NCBI RefSeq assembly: GCF_988243305.1
Contig: NZ_OZ547136.1
DNA: 64,000 nt
Direction: 5' to 3' (one strand)
Shown piece after piece: positions 27,062 through 36,172 of the stretch. Positions within the stretch are counted from its first letter, which is position 1; each line of letters starts with the position of its first letter. Made by a program: the position numbers and the translations under genes. The notes under the pieces are model-generated. The model did not search any database. It was not told the origin of the DNA and saw only the letters and a program-made list of their open reading frames with translations.

Positions 27062-27357
27062 TTCTTGCCCCTGAATCCGTTAATCATGGTTTTCAGCTTC
27101 TGGATGTTTGCCCGTGCCCTGGCGTTGCTGGTGGGCACGTTATGCGGCGCGGTCTGTACCAGAGAAAAATCACGCCGGAACTGATAAACAGGCATCACGC
27201 AATCATATTCGTAACCTTCACGGCGGTAGGTTACGCGCCGTTCTTCCACGCCCTTAATCATTACCGTGCCGCCGTACTGGTCGCGGTAAATATCACCGCG
27301 CGTAAATTTAGGGTGAGTGTTGCCACTGGCAGTTAAGCCAGAATATTTAAGTTTCAT
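27058..27357 (-). CDS. Hypothetical protein (99 aa; possibly DUF4222-like)
   Basis: ATGA overlap with the helicase start. GDIYRDQYGGTVMIKGVEERRVTYRREGYEYDCVMPVYQFRRDF resembles a small prophage family, recalled only loosely. Confidence 0.55.
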   Translation of the reverse strand: MKLKYSGLTASGNTHPKFTRGDIYRDQYGGTVMIKGVEERRVTYRREGYEYDCVMPVYQFRRDFSLVQTAPHNVPTSNARARANIQKLKTMINGFRGKK

Positions 27358-27362
27358 TATTT

Positions 27363-27596
27363 TTATTCTCCGGTGTGCTGTTCTTTATATCTGTCGTGCA
27401 ATAGATCTATTTCTTGCAGTTCCATTATTACAGGCTCAAGAAGCGTTATTAATGCCGTGGCAATTCTTGATTTTTGTTTGTCGCGTTCATTGTCGCCAAG
27501 TGTTTCAAGCCATATGCGCAATATTTCCAGCATGTTTTCACTGTGAGAAAGTGCAAGAAATACGCGGTCTATTGTTTCGTGGTAAATATCACGCAT
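27363..27596 (-). CDS. Hypothetical protein (77 aa)
   Basis: Tightly packed minus-strand ORF (MRDIYHETIDRVFLALSH...) whose start lies 2 nt after the upstream stop. Confidence 0.5.
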   Translation of the reverse strand: MRDIYHETIDRVFLALSHSENMLEILRIWLETLGDNERDKQKSRIATALITLLEPVIMELQEIDLLHDRYKEQHTGE

Positions 27597-27597
27597 A

Positions 27598-27819
27598 TTA
27601 ATCCCCGTCCGTCGTTTTTCTTAAAATAACCTCTGTCACGAAATCAGCATAATCGGCGGCGATATTCAGTACATCAAGCCCCGTTGATTTATATTCTCTC
27701 GTGGAAAGTAAGAAAAAAGCCGCTCTAATAAGTTCTGGCATTGACGAAAGCGCATCAGCCGCATCATCAGGAACGCCGGAAAATTCCTGTTTCAGGGAAT
27801 TAAAACGATCATCACGCAT
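27598..27819 (-). CDS. Hypothetical protein (73 aa)
   Basis: ATG at 27819 lies 2 nt downstream of a G9 run (minus strand). Acidic helical protein, MRDDRFNSLKQEFSGVPDD... Confidence 0.5.
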   Translation of the reverse strand: MRDDRFNSLKQEFSGVPDDAADALSSMPELIRAAFFLLSTREYKSTGLDVLNIAADYADFVTEVILRKTTDGD

Positions 27820-28034
27820 AACCCCCCCCCATTTTCACAATCAGCAACAAGAATATTTTTAGCGTCATTCAGCGACCGCGTTGCGATGTATCGGATACAT
27901 TCCAGGGCGAACTGTGTCCGGTCTTTCTGTTCTTCTCCCTGCGCAAGCTCTGCAGTGCATTCAATATCGATAAGCGCGTGCATCAGCGTAGTGAGCGCGG
28001 CGGCTGCTGCGTCCGGTGTGGTTTTATTGCACAT
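27792..28034 (-). CDS. Hypothetical protein (80 aa)
   Basis: ATG at 28034 is preceded by AGGAGG (MCNKTTPDAAAAALTTLMHALIDIECTAELAQGEEQ...). It overlaps the icd-like 3' end by 11 nt. Confidence 0.55.
   Translation of the reverse strand: MCNKTTPDAAAAALTTLMHALIDIECTAELAQGEEQKDRTQFALECIRYIATRSLNDAKNILVADCENGGGLCVMIVLIP
27822..27830. repeat. Homopolymeric C9 (plus) / G9 (minus) tract
   Basis: Read directly: a CCCCCCCCC a. It lies in the 3' end of the 80-aa ORF and in the RBS position of the 73-aa ORF. Confidence 0.95.
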
Positions 28035-28224
28035 GGCACACCTCCTGACGAATACGGGCGGCGAATACAGCAACACAACCGGACGGGCAACGGCTACGCG
28101 CTTCGCGTTCCGTCCAGGCGGTTACGTGGATGATTTGAGATTCTCCGGCACTTAGTGCCAGAAAACGCCACACAAAGGCCGTTTGTGTGTGTATAAGGCG
28201 TGGTATATGATTTACGGCAACCAT
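28024..28224 (-). CDS. Icd-like (host cell-division inhibitor family) small protein
   Basis: ATG at 28224 is preceded by AGGAG. The 66-aa product ..FVWRFLALSAGESQIIHVTAWTEREARSRCPSGCVAVFAARI.. fits the Icd-like pattern (aromatic core, EREAR, FAAR). It is the only credible part of the 344-aa track ORF. Confidence 0.6.
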   Translation of the reverse strand: MVAVNHIPRLIHTQTAFVWRFLALSAGESQIIHVTAWTEREARSRCPSGCVAVFAARIRQEVCHVQ

Positions 28225-28312
28225 AACGGCTCCTAGTTTACGTTGTTGGTTAGACGCCCCGTATGTGTTCCCAGCACTGCGGGGCGTTGATTTTTGTGTA
28301 ATGGCAAGTACA

Positions 28313-28358
28313 ATGGTAATTACCATGTAGGTATAGTAATGAAGGGTAATTACCATGT
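28313..28358. promoter_or_regulatory. Two copies of GGTAATTACCATGT exactly 30 bp apart (first within perfect 14-bp palindrome ATGGTAATTACCAT): putative operators in a divergent control region
   Basis: Copies at 28315-28328 and 28345-28358; the second covers the start codon of the Arc-like gene. A TATAGT -10-like hexamer at 28332-28337 lies between them. Confidence 0.6.
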
Positions 28359-28528
28359 CAACACCATTAGAAAAACGTTCGCCTCCATACCAAATGCGAT
28401 TACCGGAAGACTTCAGAGCGCAGCTAGAAGAAGCAGCTAAGGCCGATGGCGACACATCTTTAGCCACTTGGATTAAACGCGTTCTCCGCAAAGAATTACA
28501 GCAACGCGGCATAGAGCCAAAAGGTTGA
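28355..28528 (+). CDS. Arc/Mnt-family ribbon-helix-helix DNA-binding protein (57 aa)
   Basis: Read manually because it is below the track cutoff: MSTPLEKRSPPYQMRLPEDFRAQLEEAAKADGDTSLATWIKRVLRKELQQRGIEPKG. The beta-strand (YQMRLP) plus two helices parallel P22 Arc (PQFNLRWPREVLDLVRKVAEENGRSVNSEIYQRV). It is one of only two plus-strand genes in the island. Confidence 0.7.
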   Translation: MSTPLEKRSPPYQMRLPEDFRAQLEEAAKADGDTSLATWIKRVLRKELQQRGIEPKG

Positions 28529-28549
28529 ATTTCAGAAGGAGATAAAATA

Positions 28550-28702
28550 ATGAACTGGCTGTTACATACCCTCCCAGGTCGCATTCTCATTGCACTAATT
28601 ATTTTATGGATTTTGTACCAATTCGGTTTTTTCGATTCGCTTTGGAAGCCTGACTGTTCCGTTAACCCTGGCGATGTACTGAAAGGCTGTAAAAATGGCT
28701 GA
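28550..28702 (+). CDS. Small single-pass membrane peptide (50 aa)
   Basis: AGGAGA RBS lies 6 nt upstream of the ATG. Product MNWLLHTLPGRILIALIILWILYQFGFFDSLWKPDCSVNPGDVLKGCKNG* has one TM helix and a two-Cys C-terminal tail. It is followed by two hairpins (28705-28719, 28735-28749). Confidence 0.6.
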   Translation: MNWLLHTLPGRILIALIILWILYQFGFFDSLWKPDCSVNPGDVLKGCKNG

Positions 28703-29057
28703 TCAGGGTTACTCCCTGTAATGCCTTTAACTGGCCCTCTTAAAGAGGGTTGGTTATCTTCGCAGCTCTCTACGTTTTTCGTCGGAACCTCTGAACCTAA
28801 GCAGTGTTGATGTTCAGGAGAACCCGAATACTGTTCGTGTTCGTTGCTCGCCAATTCTCGCGTTTCGCGATAATCAAAATGATTCAATGGGTTGAGATGT
28901 CCGTACGTTAAACGTACGCGGTTAATTTGTACATGCGAATTTCGTCGGCTCAAATTCTGCGCAACCCTGCTTGAGTTATGCAAATAGCACGCGGCTAACT
29001 CACAAGGATTTGAGCGCCCCCAAACGGGGGAGCGCAAAATTTTAGGCATAAGACGCA

Positions 29058-29771
29058 TCAGCGAATCTCCAACACTGACGATGAAGTGATCAGGCTGGCG
29101 AACGCATCCATACGGCGGGCAACCTCACGCACCGCATCGCCTGGACTCATGTCATTACGCACCGCCTCATTAAAGGCCGCCTGTTCGATTTTCTGCATCA
29201 CTACCAACAGCCCCAATTGCTGTTCGTCTGCGGTACCGCGTTCACCATCAGACAAACCAGCCACGCGGTTTTCAGCGCGGGCCAGATTGATGTAATGGTG
29301 CCGTTGTGCGCCCAGAGCTTTTAATCTGTCGCGGCTTTCGTGATAGCCAGGCAGGTACTCACGGCGGATAGGTTCTGCGGCGCGGCGCTTAGTGAATGCC
29401 TTCGTAACATCCAGTTTGAACTGGTTAATACGCTCAGGATCACGCCCTCGGGTGATACGCAGCAGATAGTCGAGCTGCGGCTCATTCAGCAGATAACTAA
29501 TCTCAGGACGCCCACGCTTTCGGCCGGATTTTCCCGATTTCAAATCGGTTAATTCCTTGAGTGACTGACGAGGCAGTGATCCCAGCTCGCGCAATCTGCT
29601 CTGGTGCGATTTAATCGTCGCGCTTAAGCTTTCATGTTGTATTCCGGCTCGCTCTGAAATAACGCGGGAATCGATACGCGGCTCCGATTTGTGATTAATT
29701 AAAATATCGCTCTGGCTGGCTTCAGGGCGAACGAATCCCCGCCCACGTTCTGGCGTATATTCAATCTTCAT
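29058..29771 (-). CDS. Phage regulatory protein, tentatively Rha/antirepressor-like
   Basis: 237 aa. The N-terminal region IDSRVISERAGIQHESLSATIKSHQSRLRELG resembles the Rha-type HTH region. The functional assignment is weak. Confidence 0.6.
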   Translation of the reverse strand: MKIEYTPERGRGFVRPEASQSDILINHKSEPRIDSRVISERAGIQHESLSATIKSHQSRLRELGSLPRQSLKELTDLKSGKSGRKRGRPEISYLLNEPQLDYLLRITRGRDPERINQFKLDVTKAFTKRRAAEPIRREYLPGYHESRDRLKALGAQRHHYINLARAENRVAGLSDGERGTADEQQLGLLVVMQKIEQAAFNEAVRNDMSPGDAVREVARRMDAFASLITSSSVLEIR

Positions 29772-29828
29772 GGTTATAGCTCTGTGTTCAGATGATTGAT
29801 GTGTGGCGGCTGCGTGCCGCCAGCGTGA

Positions 29829-30017
29829 TTAATGAACTGCCTTGCAGCTATCCTTCCAGGCCAGAACCTCGGATAAAGACCAGCCAACGGAACGACCGCC
29901 AAGTTTACGACGTGATGGGAATTGTCCGGCCTTTTCCAGGCGGTAGCGACACGTACGGCTAAGGCCGGTTAGTTTTTCGCATTCTTTTTCACGTATAAAC
30001 CGATCAGTGCTTAACAC
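29829..30017 (-). CDS. alpA: AlpA-family regulator / excisionase-like protein
   Basis: 62 aa with a GTG start after AAAGGGGG. ..IREKECEKLTGLSRTCRYRLEKAGQFPSRRKLGGRSVGWSLSEVLAW is the classic AlpA/Phage_AlpA signature. Confidence 0.88.
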   Translation of the reverse strand: MLSTDRFIREKECEKLTGLSRTCRYRLEKAGQFPSRRKLGGRSVGWSLSEVLAWKDSCKAVH

Positions 30018-30166
30018 TATTGCCCCCTTTCGTTTCTTAAAGAGTCATCAGGTGTCTTATTGTGTCGTATTGTTCCCGCTAGAGTGATAAATGGCAAATA
30101 CTGAGGATGTATGATTTACAGAAAATGAAACAGTAAGAATAAAATCTTTTAAATTCATGTTAATAC

Positions 30167-30200
30167 AAAGGCATAAAATATTGTTTCATGCCTTTTTTCT
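30167..30200 (+). terminator. Plus-strand intrinsic-terminator-like hairpin in the int-alpA spacer
   Basis: AAAGGCAT-13 nt-ATGCCTTT is followed by TTTCT on the plus strand, antisense to the island's main transcription direction. On the minus strand it lacks a T-run. Confidence 0.45.
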
Positions 30201-30288
30201 CGCTCTTTAAAGAGTGATTCGCTAGTGTATAAAAAACCAGTAACGCATTAAAAATCAGCTACTTATAAATCCGTACGCTTTTTCGCCT

Positions 30289-30342
30289 CTTGTTCGTAGT
30301 TGTTCCACATTGTTGCTCATTGTTGCACGTTGTATCTGTTCG
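30289..30342 (-). promoter_or_regulatory. Five 10-bp-phased TGTT units (complement of the AACA/GAACAA units) between int and alpA
   Basis: tgttcgtagt tgttccacat tgttgctcat tgttgcacgt tgtatctgtt. These have inverted orientation relative to the copies at 16582, 24084 and 31678. Confidence 0.55.
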
Positions 30343-30381
30343 CATATACAGTATGCGCATACTGAAAAAACACGAAAAAAA

Positions 30382-31611
30382 TTATTTTCTTCTGGCTACT
30401 GGTAGCGTGGTTACGTTTTCATGTGTTCCCGCCAGTATCCCTAACCGCTCCGTCCACATATCCAGCGCATTGCGTTTAGCATCCAGATAACGGGAATGAT
30501 TATAAACTCGCTGCATTCCTGGCATCTGGTGGCCTGTAAGCTGCTCCACGACATGCGGATCAACGCCTAAATCGTTCAGCATGGTTGTAAAGGTGCGCCG
30601 GATGTCATGCAGTGACCAGTGAGGATGATTAAGCCTCCTGTGCGCTAATCTTCCATACTGCGATACGCTGGCCTCCTGTTTCACTTCCCCCAGCAATAAG
30701 CCCGTGTGCCTGTTCTGCTCCACCAGCTGCGTGACGAACGGCAGGATCGCTTCCGGTATGGGCCGGAATATTGCGACCTTCGTTTTGCTGTGCTCCTTCG
30801 GAACGGTCCATAGCATTTCCGTAAAATCCCACTCCCCGATCTCCGATAACCTCAGTTCTACCGTTCTGGCTCCGAAGACAATCAGGAGGCGGATTAACGC
30901 GACGTAGTAAGGGGAGAATATTTTTTTGTCCAGTGCCTGCAATAATTCGCCAAGTTCTTTGTTACTTAAGACACGTTCGCTTATATCCGGTTTTTTCCCA
31001 ACGTCCGCCACGTTCAGATCGTCCAGAACGTTGCTGATTGCATAGCGCCGCCTACGGCAGAACTTAAGCGCCTGTTTGCACGCCTGTAGCACGAATCCGG
31101 CAGTAACAGGCGTTCGCTTTGCCACCTGGTCAAAACAGGCCAGCCAGTGCCGTAGCTCGCATTTATCCAGCGGCATAGCACCAATCTGCTGTATTACGTG
31201 ATTATTAAGTCGCCTTTTCAGGGCGATATAATCCACGCGGTTTTCCTTTACGTAATACTCAAGCCAGTAGGTGAGCGCATCGCCAACCGTTACGGGCTTT
31301 AACGCTTCCTGTACGGTGTAATTCATCTCATGACGTGGATTTTTCCCCTCAGCCAGCCATGTGCGACACTGTGCGGCTTTTTCCCTGGCTGCTTTCAGGC
31401 TCAGATCAGGATAACTTCCCAGCTTAATGCGTTCGGGTCGTGTCTCCCTTCCCGTTCCGGCCCTGTATGTGAAATACCAGGTCAATTTCCCTGATGTTAA
31501 ATATTTCACGCTCAGGTTTCCGCCATCACTATAAAACGTGTTTTTCTCCGCTGGCTTACCATGAAGTTTCCTTAGCAAGGTATCGCTCAGTTTGTTCATT
31601 GCTCTGCTCAC
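30382..31611 (-). CDS. int: Tyrosine recombinase/integrase, P4-type (DUF4102 arm-binding N-terminus)
   Basis: 409 aa. The N-terminal ..LSVKYLTSGKLTWYFTYRAG..IKLGSYPDLSLKAAREKA.. is typical of P4-like integrases. Catalytic residues lie in ..HDIRRTF.. and ..HQMPGMQRVYNHSRY. GTG start at 31611 (SD GAGGGGG), or ATG at 31599. Confidence 0.92.
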   Translation of the reverse strand: MSRAMNKLSDTLLRKLHGKPAEKNTFYSDGGNLSVKYLTSGKLTWYFTYRAGTGRETRPERIKLGSYPDLSLKAAREKAAQCRTWLAEGKNPRHEMNYTVQEALKPVTVGDALTYWLEYYVKENRVDYIALKRRLNNHVIQQIGAMPLDKCELRHWLACFDQVAKRTPVTAGFVLQACKQALKFCRRRRYAISNVLDDLNVADVGKKPDISERVLSNKELGELLQALDKKIFSPYYVALIRLLIVFGARTVELRLSEIGEWDFTEMLWTVPKEHSKTKVAIFRPIPEAILPFVTQLVEQNRHTGLLLGEVKQEASVSQYGRLAHRRLNHPHWSLHDIRRTFTTMLNDLGVDPHVVEQLTGHQMPGMQRVYNHSRYLDAKRNALDMWTERLGILAGTHENVTTLPVARRK

Positions 31612-31636
31612 GTTTTACCCCCTCTTTACGAAAAAG

Positions 31637-31705
31637 TGACTACACCAGTGACTACACCGATCGTTGCACAAAGGGCTACAACGTGAAACAAGCTGGAACA
31701 AGGAA
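31637..31705 (+). repeat. Right arm repeat: TGACTACACC x2 followed by 10-bp-phased ACAA units
   Basis: The 22-mer is identical to 16541-16562, followed by acaacgtgaa acaagctgga acaagg. It lies between the int start and the attR core. Confidence 0.7.
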
Positions 31706-31786
31706 AATCACAAATCTGTTGATAATCAAAAACATAATGCACAGCCTGAAACATTATGAAACAGCAAAAAACACTAAATGATAAAA

Positions 31787-31795
31787 TGCTGTTAT
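31787..31795 (+). repeat. attR core TGCTGTTAT
   Basis: Identical to 16458-16466. tqsA codons A44-V45-I46 resume here. Confidence 0.85.
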
Positions 31796-32693
31796 TCTTA
31801 ACCCGCTGGTGCAACACATGGTCCGCTGGCGAGTGCCGCGTGTACTGGCGGTGTCGATTTTGATGACCATCATCGTGATGGCGATGGTGTTGCTGTTAGC
31901 TTATCTGGGTTCCGCACTCAACGAGTTGACGCGGACGTTACCGCAATATCGCAACTCTATTATGACGCCGCTGCAAGCGCTTGAACCGTTGTTGCAACGC
32001 GTAGGGATTGACGTCTCAGTTGACCAACTGGCGCATTACATTGATCCGAACGCGGCGATGACGTTGCTCACCAACTTATTGACGCAGTTATCTAATGCCA
32101 TGTCATCAATCTTTTTATTGCTGCTGACGGTGCTGTTTATGCTGCTCGAAGTGCCACAATTGCCCGGAAAATTTCAGCAAATGATGGCGCGTCCGGTTGA
32201 AGGGATGGCGGCGATTCAGCGTGCGATTGACAGTGTTTCTCATTATCTGGTGCTGAAAACAGCCATCAGCATCATCACCGGCCTGGTCGCCTGGGCGATG
32301 CTCGCCGCACTCGATGTTCGCTTCGCTTTTGTCTGGGGATTGCTGGCCTTTGCGCTTAATTACATCCCGAATATTGGTTCAGTTCTCGCGGCAATCCCCC
32401 CTATCGCTCAGGTATTGGTGTTTAATGGCTTCTACGAAGCGTTGCTGGTGCTGGCGGGATATCTGCTGATTAATCTGGTCTTCGGCAATATTCTGGAGCC
32501 GCGCATCATGGGGCGTGGGCTGGGGCTTTCCACATTGGTGGTATTTCTGTCGTTGATTTTTTGGGGATGGTTGTTAGGACCGGTGGGTATGCTGCTTTCC
32601 GTGCCGTTGACAATTATTGTCAAAATTGCGCTTGAACAAACAGCGGGTGGTCAAAGCATCGCCGTTCTGTTAAGCGATCTCAATAAAGAGTGA
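31787..32693 (+). pseudogene. tqsA: tqsA 3' portion (codons 44-344), separated from its promoter and first 45 codons
   Basis: In-frame continuation ..[30 protein letters not shown]... runs to the K-12 C-terminus LLSDLNKE*. A stop (TAA 31782-31784) lies immediately upstream in frame. Confidence 0.93.
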
Positions 32694-32713
32694 CGGCCTC
32701 CGCAGAGGCCGTC
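32692..32713. terminator. Bidirectional hairpin between convergent tqsA and pntB
   Basis: GACGGCCTC-cgca-GAGGCCGTC lies between the two stop codons. Confidence 0.65.
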
Positions 32714-32717
32714 AGGG

Positions 32718-34109
<1,392 letters not shown>

Positions 34110-34116
34110 TTACCCC

Positions 34117-35712
<1,596 letters not shown>

Positions 35713-36172
35713 TCATGTACGAGCTAAATGTTACTCCGTTAAAATAAATTAGTAACAAACGCCCTATAACGTACTGAAAATTATGCCTGTGATCTAGCGC
35801 CAAAAATCAGTATTTCGGCGTGAACTCGCAAAATATTAACGATTCAGCCGTGATAGTGGGATAAACACCTTAGAACGTTGGATAAAGACTGATAATTGTC
35901 TTCGACGGTCAGGTAAAACGAGACATCGCCCCGGCACGAATCACTACTTAACATTAAATTAACTTATACAATTCAGTTGCTTCAGTAGTATTGATGCTGA
36001 TACGGCTGTTTTTTAAGCATAGACGGTCATTTGAGCAGGATTAAAATTGGCTTAAGGAATGTGATATGAAAAATGACGCAGACAGTTACACCGTTTAAAT
36101 GCAATAATCAGCCACGTTTCTCGTTAATAACAATACCAGTACCTGGTTTGCGCAAGGCGAAGGATTATTTTT

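Larger units (their letters stand above)
16458..31795. mobile_element. 15.3-kb integrated phage satellite with its own capsid and terminase genes but no recognisable tail or lysis genes (cf-PICI-like island) inserted in tqsA
   Basis: It interrupts a conserved gene precisely and is flanked by a 9-bp direct repeat. A tyrosine integrase lies at one end. Replication, regulation and HK97-type head/packaging modules are present, and no tail or lysis ORFs are recognisable. Confidence 0.9.

Noticed and set aside
28024-29058. 344-aa minus-strand ORF from the six-frame track
   Set aside because: The composition is atypical (Ser/Cys/His/Asn/Pro-rich). It runs antisense through a well-formed Arc-like gene and a peptide gene that both have good RBSs, and across a hairpin-rich spacer. 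Only its last 66 codons (28024-28224), which have their own AGGAG RBS and an Icd-like pattern, are called. Its unusual length is flagged as a finding.
16458-31795. Reading the insert as a P4-like satellite or as an ordinary defective lambdoid prophage
   Set aside because: There are no P4 hallmarks (no alpha primase-helicase of P4 size, and no sid, psu or delta-like genes) and no helper-capsid-remodelling genes; it carries its own MCP, portal, protease and terminase instead. It is not a typical defective prophage either, because both ends carry matching att cores and arm repeats. The gene set is also compact and tightly coupled, with no pseudogene debris.
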